A stretch of 64,000 nt of DNA from Anthoceros angustus (lineage: Eukaryota > Plantae > Anthocerotophyta): contig MU008188.1 of assembly GCA_010909165.1 (NCBI GenBank), positions 723,766 through 787,765 of the forward strand, in the 5' to 3' direction. The notes beneath the pieces are model-generated. The model saw nothing but the letters and a program-made list of their open reading frames with translations. It was not told the origin of the DNA and searched no databases. Position numbers and translations under genes: made by a program. Below, in pieces: positions 10,769 through 24,223 of the stretch. Position 1 is the stretch's first letter, and each line of letters begins with the position of its first letter.

Positions 10769-13700
10769 TGTGGACTACGACTCTCGTTAAGAAATAAGTA
10801 GGGCTTTGTTTTTTTGTAGGAGCCGATGGCGATACAAATATGTTGAAAAAGGGGGGGATAATAAGCACGATTTGACAGATTGGGGATCGTGACCCGAGTA
10901 TACTCCCATCCCGGATCGGGCAACGACTTTGACCTACTATGACAGCGCCTTACCGCTAAACGGGATACAAGTCCTGACTCACCCCAGTCCAAAGGTGATA
11001 AGTACACCGGAAAGTAACTTAAGTGAGCCGCGAGGACGGACTCAGGCGCGCTTACGCGGACGCCCCGGTGGAGGTCGCATGCAAACAAGCCGTGAGCTCG
11101 CCGGGCCGCGGCAGCAGTGTATTCACGCCCGCGACCCGCGCCAGAAGGCCGAGCACGGCAGCAGAAGCGCCGTAGTGTGAGGCGCAAGGTCGCAATGCCA
11201 TGCACTCCTCGCGGATGTGAAGAGGCGCCTTCCGCCTATATTCCAAGGCGCGTCAAGGGAAGGTCACTTTACCGCGCAGCCTCGAGATACCCCGCGCCTC
11301 GCCCGCAACCCGCTCGGGCGCTATCTCTTTGAGCGCCCCAAAGATTTCGGTTGTAGTCCACGGGTCGGGGTTGGAGAACAACGCGCGAGGAGGGCGATCG
11401 TGCCAAAGGAACTCCGCCAGCCTGCCGAAAAAGGAGACGAGGCGGCGGCACCCAAAAGCTCGGAAGTTTGGGAGCCATGGAACCGTGGAGCGCAACATTG
11501 TGACTCCGGGCGCTATCCGACTTTGGGCCGGCCGAGGAAGGGAGAAGGCAGGAGTGGCACGGATGCGCTAGACGGTCTCGACGCTCGGCCATACCTGGGT
11601 CCGGAGTTCACCGGAAGATGTTGGCGGTCAACAAGGAGGTGCGGTCCAAGAACCTCCGGAGGACCCATGGCGGACCTTGAGGTCCCGGGAGGCGCCTACA
11701 ACCGCCCAAAGGAGGAAGAAGGGGAGCGCTGCCCCTCAAGGCGGGAAGATAGGGCCGGGCCGAGGCCTCGACGCAGAGGACCACCAACGGTGGCCGATAT
11801 CCGACCCACCGGGATGAGTAGCGGTAGCCCTTGATCATTGTCCATTGATCCGCCACCAAGGTGGATCACCTTGGATAACCTCACAGTATTCTCGCATGCG
11901 CTACAATGGGGAAGAGGCGGACTGGGAAGGATTATCTCTGCTTAGCTGGGAGGCCCGCAAGCTCAGACCGAGAAGCCTCGCTGGCCGCCCTACCGATCCA
12001 TGTATGGGGACATTTCAGCCTCAAGGAGGGAGAGCTGAGCGGGCGCCCGAAAGGACCGAGGCCCCGCCGAAGTGGAGCGGGCGCCCGAGGTGGAGGCCGA
12101 CCCAAGGCCAAACGACCCGGGAGGAGGACGATCGGGAGGGAATTCCGACCCATACGCCCTGAACGGACCCCTCACCACCTGTGGAAGTATGGGAAGAAAT
12201 CCCCGCTTCCTCCTCGGTGCCCCAACCGAGCAGCCCAAAGCAGGCTGACCCAGCCCCGCCACCACCACATAACCATACCATGGAGCCCGCCTGACTGTGA
12301 GGGAACCAAGAGACGCAAGACCCTACTAACGCTGCACCTCGGGACCAAGATTCTTACCCCCGCCTACGGGAGTGGCAAGAAGCAGGCTGTGAAGGAGGAG
12401 GGCAGAGGACGCCTCAGTGAGCAGGAGGACACTGCAGCAGCCTGCACTCGAGCCGGCCCCTGCCGCCGATGTGAAGGGGCAAAAGGGCTTGCTCCCGACT
12501 CCTCACCTCCTCCGAGCCCTGAGAAAAGGGGAGAAGGAGCTCGGGGCTAAGGAGGGTGAAGCCCGGAAGCCAAAGACTCGTGACCTAAGGGTCCCGATTA
12601 GGTCCGGAGAACCCAACCGACTTACTCCGACAATGTATGGAGGTCTCGGATCGGAAACGCCGCCCCGCCACTGACTTTGTGGGAGCTCTCAGCGGCACCG
12701 GAAGAAACATGGCGGTTCCGCTAACATCAGATGCTTTGGGGTCTCATGAAGACCGGAAGGTAGAAGCCACCCGAGGCATGGTACTCCTCCGAGCAGCTTG
12801 AGGGGCCCAGAGGCAAGAAGGAAGGCCAAGCCCTACGGATTGAGGAAGGAAACGCCGAGGCGAGAGGGAGGTCCGTCCATCCGCAAGGATGACTAAATTC
12901 CTTCACCGGAGGAGCAAGGAAGCTAAGGAGGCCCAAGCGGCCGAGGACCTCGCAGCAGAGGGGTAGTGCACAGAAGGCAAGAGGCCCGGCGCGAGCGGGC
13001 GCGGACTCAAGTGAGGCACCAGACTGCAAGCTCGGAGAGGCTCGTGAAGGTGGCCAAGGAGGCTGAAGCACCGATCGCCATCACTACTCCATGGATCGGA
13101 ACCGGTGGAGGGAGGAGAGCCACAACCGGCCGAGCAGCAAGGAGAGCAAGCACGACGAGCCGTGTAACACTGAGGCCAAGACCCGGAAATCGGGACCAGG
13201 CGGAAATGGGCAGGAGGTAGAAGGGAGGCGGCAGAGTCGAGGACAAGAAGGACACCTTGGAGTTACAACCCAAGACGCTGGGCTGAGCAGCAAGGGGTTC
13301 TCAACGAGAATCCAAGACTTTGAGCTGAGATAGAGGCGCCCACCGCCTCAAGATGAGCAGAGGTGGTGAGGGCGCGACCACCAAAGCCTGTGAAGTTCGC
13401 GATAAGGAGATGGAGGATCTCCTGACTCAGCCCGTGAGGTGGAGCAGTGGAGATGGAAGACCGCAGGAGACTTTGAGCAGCCCAAACTACCATTGAGAGG
13501 AATGGTAGTCATAGGTCGCGAACGCGAAAATAGAGCGGCTGAGCTGGCATATGGACGGAGTCAAGAGACGGCGATGGAACAGGAGCAGGACGCCGCCGAG
13601 ATGGAGAAGGGCCTGGAGCCTGCACCGCAGAGCTGCCCACCGTCTGAGAGGGAGATGGCGAGCAATGTCTGAATGGACAAAGAGGCGAGCCGGAAGTGCA

Positions 13701-15246
13701 TAAGAAGCCGGTCCACCTTGAGGAAGGCGGAAGGCGGGCGGGCAAGCCGCGCAACTGGCCAAGGGAGTTGGAGCAGTGGAGCAACAATGACGCTGGAGGT
13801 GACCGAGGCACCTGGGCGAGAAGGCATTCAGCCTTATCAAACTCGGAGGTGGACCAATGCGGCAAAGACGCCACCCGAGCACCTATGGCGAAGGGAGACG
13901 GTGCCCGGCACACGTGAAGAGGCAATCCAACAAGTGGATTCTGGACTTTGCCTATTACTACCGAGCCCTGCAGAGAGGCCTCATCAGAAATGCACCCGAC
14001 CTGAAGGCCTGGAGGGGAAGAAGGCACGGGGACAAAGACAGTGGACTCCTAGGGCCCTGCTTGAGACGACGCAATGGGGAGAAGAGCCTCAAGAGGAGCG
14101 GGACGAACCCCCTGAGGTAAGTTCACCGCAACCCGCCTCAGAGAAGGGAGGACGGGCCCGAAGGGTGCGGAGGAGCCAACCCACCCAAGACAAGGGCCTG
14201 GGTAGGGAGGAGGACCTAGCAAGACGAGGTCCACAAGGGGTCCGGAGCTTGGGGACCGGAATAAGTTCGGACCGAGGTCCGAACCTCAGAGACCAGGCCG
14301 GACCCACCGGACCTGGGAAATAAGCCGACCCTGAGTTCAGACGAGTCGAGACCTGACTCGAGGTCCTGCCCAAAGAAGTGAGGAGCCCCTTCGACTTACG
14401 CTGGGGAGCATAGTGGCCCCACCGGAGGGGACCCACGGGAGGCTGGGAGGATGACGCCGCGGCACGGGTCATCACGCCACGAGCCCAACCCGACAGTGAT
14501 TCCGGAGAGAGGAGGTCTACCGCTGATCATCCGATTGCGCCAGAATCGTCGGGAGATTGACCACCAATCCCAAGGCGAACCTGACCTTCCTACCCCACCG
14601 CCGAAGGGGAGAGAATAGGGGTGGCGGCCGACAGGTATACCGAAATGGCCATCACCGTAATAGGGGTGTAATAAAGACGCCGACTGGGCGTAGTATAAGA
14701 GGGTCATCAATAAATCATCTTTCTTGGTGTTGATGCTGCTTGCGACAATTTTGTGTGTCTTCTGCTAACGTGAGTCCCGAGTCACCGAGCAGCAATGGCG
14801 AGAGATTGACTGGGTCCCGTGACGACTCCAACGTTGTGGTGGTGTGTGAGGGTGGGACCTGCGGCTCGGGCCCCGCCCAGCCGGGCCGAATCGGACCGAA
14901 CGCAGAGGAGGGACTCGGGGCGGCAGAGCCCTGGACGGAGAGGCCCCAGAGAACGACCTGAGGAGGTCCTGATCAAGGCCTTTTCCCTAAGACCGATAAG
15001 GTGTAGTGGGAGGGAGAGAGGAACGACGAGGTGGAGTGACTTAACGTGAACGAAACGACGCGAACGTCTCTAAACGCTTGGCCATACCGGCCCGGCGTGA
15101 TTTGTCAGGTAGTTAGACGAATCGAGAATGTGCGCTGGAACTAAAGTAAGACGAGATCGCTAAACAGAACGGAGTCCTATTCCTTTGGGAACGACTCTTC
15201 CTACAACGACACGGGATTGTGTACCAACAAAAGTGCCGCCGCCACA
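10769..15246 (+). mobile_element. Solo giant LTR, family B copy 1 (4478 bp) containing an accessory ORF
   Basis: TGTGG...CCACA termini; perfect TSD TGGTT (10764-10768, 15247-15251); TATA at 14694; colinear with 16596-20912. Confidence 0.9.
11440..14320 (+). pseudogene. LTR-borne accessory ORF of family B copy 1, frameshifted
   Basis: EPWNRGAQHCD...DHL..NLTVFSHALQW.EEADWEGLSLLSWEARKL...LPIHVWGHF, then a Glu/Arg-rich coiled-coil region. End is approximate. Confidence 0.5.
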
Positions 15247-15251
15247 TGGTT

Positions 15252-16595
15252 CCTGTTACAGTAATCACCGCTATCAAATGCTGTTTACGGCATTTAGAAG
15301 AGAAAGTTTTACCCATCAGTCACAAAAGGTATGAGGGAATTAAAGAGTGGTGGTCAGTCCTAATGCACCAGCGGGACTGTCAAGCTTGAAGGCCAACCCT
15401 ATATGTAAGACCCACGCACGCAGAAAGGGGCCAGTAGCTTGGCCGGACTGTTTTTTAAGATGGGCGTAGTAGAGGTCAGCCGACGTGGAGGTCTTCAATC
15501 TTCCGACACATACACGGGTTGAGATATGGCTCAAAGATAATACAATGTGAGATATTCATGTACATGGGTTTGTAGAATATACGCCATGCCGTTCCCAAAT
15601 TGTGGAAAACATACTCAAAGCAGAAAGTGAAGATAATCAAGTCCAATCGATTAACGTGGCTTCTCACCGGCCAGTTGAAAGCAACAATACGGAATACTCA
15701 CCTCCAAAGAGGATCATGGCGCTTGAACCGCAATAAACCTTCCTCTTTCTAGAATACCGCCGCTAAGGAAGGGGACTCAGACCGGCGGGCGCGATTCGAA
15801 GGGTTGGTCAGGGTTGGTGTCTGCAGGTGGAGGATAAGGAACTGAGTTCATTACCGATAGTATCGTACCGTTCAACATCCTCCCTGCAGATGCACTTTCT
15901 TATATCATCGTCTGCTGTATGTGGTGTTGGGGTTCCACATTTACCGATGACGCGGTAACTTGATGTGGTTGTATGAGGGCGTGAGGGCGCCGGCCGGTTT
16001 CCTACCTGCGTTAACAATTCATCCAAGACACTTGGTTTGATGTCAAAGTGCCATCCTCATCAAAGTCGCCTTTCAATGAGTTTGCTGGAAGAAAGTTCAA
16101 TCGATGCGAGATTGCCTCAGATCTGTGGGCCTCGCTGTGGCAGCCTGTTTAGGAAGCTGAAAAGGCCAAACGCTTAATATCTTTATCCTATGTTGTTTGC
16201 AGAGGAAGTACCAGGCACATAGAGCGCCTATATGCAGAAGGCAAAGATGCTAAACACCAAGATTACGTTGAACCGCAAGTATATATGTTATTATCTATTG
16301 ATGATATGGAGATGTAAATACCCCATTTTTGGGTGGCTAAGAACCAGAAGAGGAAAGTCAATTTCGGGCCCATGTTGTGGGTGCTTATTTTACAACTAAG
16401 CGTGATAAACCGTGATTTTCACATGCATTATGCTAACTTCGAGATGATGCCTTGACCGGGGTTCGCAAAGTTTTATACTTGCAGGTTGGACAACATGCGG
16501 GAGGATAAGAACCAATATTATTGTATGACTTAAATATGCTTGTGGACATGGGGACTTTCCAGAAAGTGAAGGTGGGCTTCCTACTAGTTGGGCAC
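15252..16595 (+). pseudogene. DUF7869/Sola-like transposase, part 2 (zinc-binding region and first two catalytic Asp)
   Basis: C..RCGSLFRKL, YQAHRA..Y, YMLLSIDDME..PHF, VLYLQ/LDN..xNKNQY, MLVDMGTFQKVKVGFLLVGH at 16130-16595. 15400-16080 is not assignable. Confidence 0.72.
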
Positions 16596-19500
16596 TGTGG
16601 ACTATGGACTTCCCTTGGGGGGTAGGAATTAAGTAGGGCTTTGTTTTTTTTGGTAGGTTGGAATAGTAAAATAAGGCGGAAAAGGAGGAATAAGCACGGA
16701 TGGCGCCTCCTGACCGACCGAGTATACCCGACTCGGAGTGGGCAACGACTCAACCACTATGGCGAAGCCCGACTACGCTAACGGATAAGTCCGACCCCAC
16801 CCGGTCAAAACAGATAAGTACGCCAGGAAAGTAACTTAGAAGTTGAGTCGTGAGGATGCATCGGCCGCCACGTGGACGGCCCCGAGTGGAGGTCGGGCAT
16901 GCAGCAGTGCCAGACGAGCTGTGGGCCGCAGGTATTCACGCCCGGACCGCGCGGCGCACAGAAGGCCGTAGCACGGCGTAAGGCCGAGGCGGAGGCGTAA
17001 GGTCGAGTAAGCCATGCACTGCGCTACGTGTGGAAGAGGCGCCTTCCCGCCTGCCTTACTTCCCACGCGGCCGAAGAGGGTCATTTCACGGCACCGACAA
17101 TTTCGCAGCCTCGCGCCCGCAACCCGCCTCGGCGCTATCTCTTTGAGCGCCCAGCATCTCGAGCGGCTCACCGCCGGGTTGGAGCAGCCGAACGCGAAGA
17201 GGGCGATCGCGCCGACTCCGCCGCCAGCCTACAAAGAACAAGGGAGAAGAAGGCGATGGCACCCAAAAAGGTCATGGAGGTCCGGGAGCCATGGAACCGT
17301 AGAGCGCAACATTGTGACCCGCGCTATCCGGACTTTGGGCCCCGCCGAGGAAGCGGGGAATTAGTCGAGGAGTGGCACTAGATGTGTTCCAGTCTCGACG
17401 CTTGACAACACTCCGTCCGGAGTTCGCTCAAGATGTTGGCGGCGGCCAACAAGGAGGTTCGTCCAAGAACCTCCGGGAGGATCCTAGGCGATGGACCTTG
17501 AGGTCCCGAGGGCGCCTACAACCGCCCAAAGGAGGAAGATGGGGCGAGTCCCGCAGCCCTCAAGGCGGGAAAGATAGGGCCAAGAATGGGCGCGCCGAGG
17601 CTCGAACGCAGGACAACCAACGGCGGTTGATATCGCACGACGCCGATAAGGGGGTCAGAGCCCGATCATTGTCCATTGAACTCGCCACCAAGGTGGATCA
17701 CCTTGGTGATAATTTGGTGTTCCCGCATGCGCACTGGGAAAGAGGGCGGACTGGGAAGGATTATCTTCGCCTGCTCACAGAGGCCCGCAAGCCGAGGAGC
17801 GAGAAGCCTCGCTCTGATCCCCATACCCGATCCATGTATGGGGACATGAGCTCAAGGAGGGAGAGATCGAGCGCCCCAAGAGGCCGGCGAGCGTGCAAGG
17901 GCGCCCGAGGTGGGGGCCACCCCTAAGGCCAAACGACCCGGAGGAGGACGACCGGAGGGATTCCGACCCATACGCCCGAACGGACCCCTCACCACCTGTG
18001 GAAGTATGGAAGAAATCCCCGCCTCTTCTCCCGGTGCCTCCTCCGAGCAACAACGCAGCAGAGGGAACGACGGAGCGAGTTGGCGGCAGCCCCAGAGCTC
18101 ACCCAAGAATCAGCCGAGCCCGACGACTCGGGCGGAACCAAGAGGCGCAAGACGCACCAACGCAAAGACTCGTGACGGTCTCTCCCCCGCCCACGAGTGG
18201 CAAGAGGTCAAGAGGCGTAAGGAGGGCGTAGCGCAGGAGCAGAGGTCACCGGCAGCCTGCACTCGAGCCTGCCCCCGGCTGTGAAGGGGCAAGGGCTAGC
18301 CCCGACCCCTCACCCTCCGAGCCCTGTGACTAAGAGGGCAAATAGGAATGCCAAGAGGGCCAAGGAGGGTGAAGCTCCGAGCCAAGACTCAGACCTAAGG
18401 GTCCCGATTAGGTCCGAGAACCCAGACCCGACTCCGGATCTGGTATGGAGGTCCTTGGCGGACCGTGAAATGCCCGCCTCCCACTACGGACTTTGTGGGG
18501 TCTCACTAAGGCCGTGGAAGAAACACGGCATGGTCCTACGCCATGGACGATGCTTTGGGGTCTCGGAGCCGAGAAGACCTGGAGGTAGAAGCCACCCGAG
18601 GGATGGTGCTCCTCCGTGAGCAGCTGGAGGGGCCCAGGAGGCAAGGAGGAAGGCTCCCGCATCGAGGAAGGGAAACGCAGGAGGCCGAGAGGGAAGTCCG
18701 TCCATCCGACAGACGACTAAATTCCTTCACCGGGTGAGCACGTGCATGTGAGGCCCAAGCACGGTCAAGACCTCGCAGCGGAGGGGAGTAGCGCAGCAGG
18801 AGGCGAGGAGGCCCGCAAGTGAGAAGGCTCGTGACCGGGCGAGGCGGCCTGACCGACCAGCGCCAAATGGGGCGAAGTGAAGGCGAGGGAGGCGTCACCG
18901 CTAAGATCGACCGCGATCACTATCGGCGTGATCGGAACCGTGGAGGGAGACGGCAGGATAGCCGCTAACTCAAGAAGGAGCAGGAGGCGGCGAGCACGGG
19001 CCACCCATGCCGAGGAGGAAGCACGCAAGGAGATGGAGGATCTCCTCCGCATGTGAGGTGGAGCGCCAAGGTGAGAGATGGAAGACCGCAAGAGAGTCAT
19101 AGCCCAAGTTACCATTGAGAGGAATGAATGCAGGCGTGATCGCGATCACGAACGAGAAATAGAGCGGCTCCTGCTGGGACGGAGGAAGTACGGCGATGGA
19201 ACAGGAGCGTGACGCCGCCAAATGGAGAAGGACTGGAGGCCCGCACGGGCAGAGTTGCCCGACCCTGGAGAGGGAGATGGAGTTAACACGAATGAACGAG
19301 GAGCGAGAGCACCGGACGCAAAGAAGCCGCCGTCCGGAAGGCGAAGGAGCGCCGCGCTATGGTAAGCTAGCAGAGCAAACGACGGAGCCGGAGCAAAGTG
19401 AGCAACAGCAGTGAGGTGACCGAGGCGCCTTGTAGCCTCGCATGACGGCCTCCCACAAACCCGGCAGGGAGGTGGTCCAACAAGCCGGGCAAGAGACGCC

Positions 19501-20912
19501 TCCGAACACCCATGGCGAAGGGAGACGGTGCTCCGCACACGTGGAAGAGGCACCAACAAGTTGATTGACTTTTGCCTATTACCACGCCGAGCTCCTTAAG
19601 ACATTGCCCTCCCGCCGCCCGCAAATAGACGGACCGGAAGGCCTGGGGGAAGGGCATGGGGACAAAGACGGGACTCTAGTGGCCCCGCTTGGAGACGAGG
19701 GGAGAGAAGTGAGGAGGACGCGCCAATACAACGAATCCTGTGGTAAGTCCGCCGCAACCCGCCGGAAGATAGAGGCGGGGCCTGAAGGAGGAGGAAGCCA
19801 AACCACCCAAGACAAGGGTCGGGATGAGGACCCAGCAAGAGGTCCGGGTAAGGGGTCCGGAGTTTGGACCGACTATTAATAAGTTCTGACCGAGGTCCGA
19901 ACCCCGAGATGAGACCGACCAGCAGACCTGACTCAGAAGGCGACTCCCGACCGAGTCGAGACCGACCTCGAGGTCCGACTCAGAAGCAAGGAGGAGTCCC
20001 TCCGACTTACGCTGGGGAGCATACAATGGGTCTTCTCGAGGGGACCCACCGGGGCTGGGGAACGACGTTGTGGTAACGGCGGCCGCCGCATCACGGTAGA
20101 GCCCAACCCGACAGTGATTCCGGAAGAGGAAGGGGTCCCCGCGATCATCCGATTGCGCCAGAACTGCCGTGCCGGAGATTGACCACCAATCCCGAGGCGG
20201 AACCCGGACCTTCCCAGCCCACCGACGAAGGAGATAGGAGGGGAGGAATAGGATGGTAGGCCGATTAGGGCATCGAAATGGCCACCCGTAATAGGGTGTA
20301 AAGGCGCCGACCGCGTAGTATAAGAGGGCCGAGGTCGCCTAAGTAAAGTCATCTTCTCTTGGTGTTGATGCCGCTTCGCACCCTTGTGCGCCTTCTTGCT
20401 AACGTGAGTCCCGAGTCATCGAAAGGTGCACACCCGAGAGACCGATCAAGGTTCCGTGACTGACTAACGGTGGTGGTGTGCAGAAGGGTGACCGGGGACC
20501 CGTGTTCGTCTGTAGGGCCGCCCAACACGAACGGGACCGAATGTGTGAGCTGGAGGAACCCGGAGGGCGTGTAGAGCCCGGAGAGGCCCGAACGATGAGG
20601 AGGTCCTGACCGTAGCCCCGCTTTTCCCTAAGACCGATGAGTGTAGCGTGAGTGGAGAGAGAACGGACTAGAGGTGTAAGTGACGAACGTGAACGTATAC
20701 TTGGACGCCAACGGGTCCTTAAACGTTTGGCCACACCGCCTCGGTGAAGCGCTGGTGGTAGTTAGGCAAGGAATGTGCGTTGGAGTTTGAACGGACGCAG
20801 CGAAGTGAGAATCGTCAACGCGCAAGCAGACTATCATTCCCCTTGGGAACCGGGACTCCTTCCATAACGACCTGATTGTCATGCGCATTTGGCCGTCCCG
20901 AAGTCGCGCACA
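16596..20912 (+). mobile_element. Solo giant LTR, family B copy 2 (~4.3 kb), inserted inside the transposase GH|TH motif
   Basis: Starts TGTGGAC right after GGGCAC; TATA at 20319; colinear with copy 1. Right end is noisy and duplicated (second end near 22191, followed by AGCAC resembling TSD GGCAC). Confidence 0.8.
17257..19900 (+). pseudogene. LTR-borne accessory ORF of family B copy 2 (starts MAPKK), frameshifted
   Basis: MAPKKVMEVREPWNRRAQHCDPRYPDFGP...KVDHLGDNLVFPHA; coiled coil MEQERDAAKW..EREMELTRMNEER. End is approximate. Confidence 0.5.
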
Positions 20913-22790
20913 GTAATAATACGATCGTATTGATCGATGTTTTCGTGTTTCACAAAACATTGAAACACAAGGAAGCACACATTGATGAGTTGACCCATAT
21001 TCTTGTTGGTGCGCATACACTCCCACACCAAGTGAAACCGCTGACTAAGTTGCAAATTTTGGACATGTGTGGCCTATTCAAGAGGGGAAGGTCAAATGTA
21101 TACCGCCGTAAGGAGACTAAACAATCTATCGCTCCAGCACCACCAAGATAACTCGGAGGAAAACAAGACAGAGGGCTAGTCACCGTAATCCAAGCAAGAT
21201 TCAACGCCGCCTCATTGGGAAATGTTCGTGGTTAGAGTTCAAGTTCGCCCCATTGATGCCATTATCGCAAAGACCGATGATGGCATTGCGGGCGAGGGAC
21301 AAGAAGGGCCGATCCGGGTTAAGGCCAATCAAGGAGTCGCCATTTGAAAGCCGGGCTTCGCTTTGAGGTCAGATGAGACAACATGAGCAACGTGTGGGAA
21401 GCTCGAAGGACCAAGAGGAGATTGTCCGCCATTGTGGAAAATAATATCCGATTAGGTGCCGCAAGCTCGAGGAGATTGGACCACCAATCCGTGAACCCGG
21501 ACCTTCCCCACGAGCGAAGGAGATAGGAGGAGGAATAGGATGGTAGGCGATTAGGGCGTCTTGGTGCCACCGGCTCGAATAGGGTGTAATAAAGGCGCCG
21601 ACCTTGCGTAGTATAAGAGTGAAATTGCTCTAAGTAAAGTATCTTTCTCTTGGTGTTGATGCGCGTTTCTTGCGGACCCTTGTGCGTCTTCTTAACGTGA
21701 GTCTGAGTCAGCGAGCACGGCGGCCGGAGGCCCGATCAAGGTTACGGTGGACCCTAACGTGTGGTGGTGTGTGCGAGGGAAGGTGGCGGGGACCCGTGTT
21801 CGTCGAGCGGTGGCCCAGTCGAGCGGACGGGCAGTGTGAGCGGAGGACTCGGGAGGCGTGTAGAGCCGGACGGAGAGCCCGGCGAGCAGCGGAGGTCGGG
21901 ATGTAGCCCGCGTTTTCCCTAAGGCCCGATGAGTGTAGCGTGAGTGGAGAAGAGCGGACTAGAGGTGCAAGTGACGTCTGAGTCTGACGCGACGGGTCCT
22001 TAAACGTTTAGCCACACACTGTCACGGTGAAGCGTTGCGAGTAGTTAGGCGGCGGTGATGAATGTGCGTTGAGTGAGCAGACGCAAAGTGAAGTGAGAAT
22101 CGTCAACGGCAAGCGAACTATCATTCCCCAGGAGCGGACTCCTTCCTCTACGACACGGGATTGTCACCTGGCCCGTCCCGGTAGTCGCATACTGAGCACA
22201 TGATCAGATTGATCAGATGTTTTCGTGTTTCACGAAAACCTTGAAACACAAGGAAGCACACACATTGGATGAGTTGACCCATATTCTTGTTGGTGCGTAC
22301 ACTCCCACACTCGAAGTGAAACTGTTGACGGAAGTTGCAAATTTTCGGACATGTGTGTGGCCTATTCGAAGAGGGGAAGGTCGGCAAATGTATATCGCGG
22401 CGGTAAGGAGACTAAACGATCTATCGTTCCAGCACCAGTTCAAGATAACTCGGGAGGAAAAACAAGACAGAGGGCTAGTCACCGTAATCCGAAGCAAGCA
22501 GTATTCAACGTCGCCTCATTGGGAAACAGATTCAGGGTTAGAGTTCCTGAAGTTCGTCCCATTGGATGCCATTACTGCAGCACCGATGATGGCATTGCGG
22601 GCGAGGGACAAGAAGGGCTCCGATCCAGGGTTAAGGCTAACTGAAGGAGTCGCTCATTTGAAAGCTGGGCTTTCTGCTTTGAGGCCGTATGTGACAACAG
22701 TTGAGTACAACCAGTGGGAAGCTTTCTGGAAGGACCAAGAGGAGATTGCTGTCATTGTGGAAAATAATATCGGGTTAGCCTTGCAGGAAC
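20174..22790 (+). repeat. ~1.3-kb tandem duplication (LTR 3' end plus transposase segment); possibly an assembly artefact
   Basis: 20174-21470 repeats as 21471-22790; GGAGATTG lies at the junction; the copies differ mostly by small indels. Confidence 0.8.
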
Positions 22791-23100
22791 CATGGAAATG
22801 GTATTCCAGAACTAATGTAGAAGTGACAGCTTCACCTCTTCATGTCCCTGACGAAGCATTGCTAGAGGAAGCTTTGATGAGGGACCTACCACAGCGGGAT
22901 ATGTATTTGGGAGCATACCAAAATGTTGGTAAATAGGAGGAAATGGCTGCGAATGGGGATGTGAAATCAAGAAAGGATGGTTCATCGCAACACCATGCCA
23001 TACGTATACCTTGATCACAATGACCATTTTGGATAGGGAGGTAGCCGATGTCGATTGGTGCCCCACGCCCCACTTCTCGCCCATTGGTATAGAACCGAGG
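22200..23100 (+). pseudogene. DUF7869/Sola-like transposase, part 3 (third catalytic Asp and C-terminal domain)
   Basis: HDQIDQMFSCFTKTL completes GH-TH-D-x-ID-QMFS. 239-aa ORF 22217-22936; then EIKKGWFIA..PFWIG..HWY across frameshifts. Confidence 0.78.
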
Positions 23101-23598
23101 CATACTGAGATGCGTTTGAAGGCGTTATGTGGAAGAGTATATAGTATGCGAGGGCAATAATCACCAACCGGTCATGAGCGCGGTAAGAAAGGGCCCAAGG
23201 TTTATATCCCAAGAATATGCGGAGCTATATGTAAACGAAAGCGGTATTGCTTTACTACGGATTTAACCTCACGTCACTAAAACATGTCTGCCGTGGACAA
23301 AAAAAAGCTATCGTGATAAGTTAAATGAATTAGAGGATTTATAGAACCCGCCGAGTGTATTGGGCGGGAAAGGGACGAATAAGCATTGACAGCTCCGCCT
23401 GTGGGTGTGTTGGAGTGAATGAGTAGGATGGATGTGGACGCAGAAACGGGCTTCGTAATAGTGAGAGAGAACATACTTTTGCAAAATGTGAGAGGATTAA
23501 AAACGTGTTGGTTTGAGGGAAACTATTCCATGTAGTCCGGGGTCCGAATGAATTTTTGTTATAGTTCCTCGTGGCACACCTTCGGAGTTTTTCTTTTT

Positions 23599-23674
23599 GT
23601 GCATATGACACAGCTTATGTTGCTTTAAGGACGGCGTCTTTCCAACACTGCACTTCCCGCCATTCTTGGTTATA
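23599..23674 (-). pseudogene. WRC-type zinc finger (C-x9-C-x10/11-C-x2-H), cargo gene remnant
   Basis: Reconstructed (C/Y)NQKNGGKWQCWKDAVLKQHKLCHMH using three 1-bp corrections; compare WRC CxRTDGKKWRC...KYCERH. Confidence 0.5.
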
Positions 23675-24223
23675 CTTTAATGGATAGGGAAAGGGACATT
23701 GCATGAGCTTTGTCGTCCTGCGGCAGCTGAATGGCCGCCAATTAAACGATCGGGTGAGTTCCATGTCATGCTCATTCCACTAAAGCTATCCAAAGAACCA
23801 TTGTCGCAAAGACTAGAACAGGGAGGGGCATTCCTGAAATAGTGCGTGGGAAGCGAACATGTGAGCCGTACTTTGTCCTTCGGTTAAGAGAGGGCGCCGG
23901 GGCGCGCCTCCCCACACTCTAGAAACGCTGCCATCACTTTAAGACCACATCTAAAGAGCTGAGTTCGATGTTCTCCCTTAGAACCCTACTTGAAGGGGAG
24001 TAAGAACTAGTAACACCGCATGAATGGTCCACCACATGGGTCCGATTATAAGGAAAGGGTAAAGTGGAACTAAACCTTCACATGCTCCGACATCAAGAAC
24101 ACAATACAACCAATGGTGGGATACCATGTTTTGGTGCTACATTTGATGGGAATCCCCGTAGACGCATGTTTAACACCCATGTGGAACCCTCTTCGGAGGA
24201 TAAAAGGCACTCAACCCCCAACG

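Noticed and set aside
10632-15318. Alternative LTR limits TGATAGG...CCCATCA
   Set aside because: Flanks GTCCG/GTCAC do not match. 10769-15246 gives a perfect TGGTT TSD and agrees with the second copy.
11052-20734. Dozens of overlapping Pro/Arg/Gly-rich ORFs on both strands
   Set aside because: Shadow frames of GC-rich, frameshifted LTR sequence; only the plus-strand accessory ORF has motifs conserved across families.
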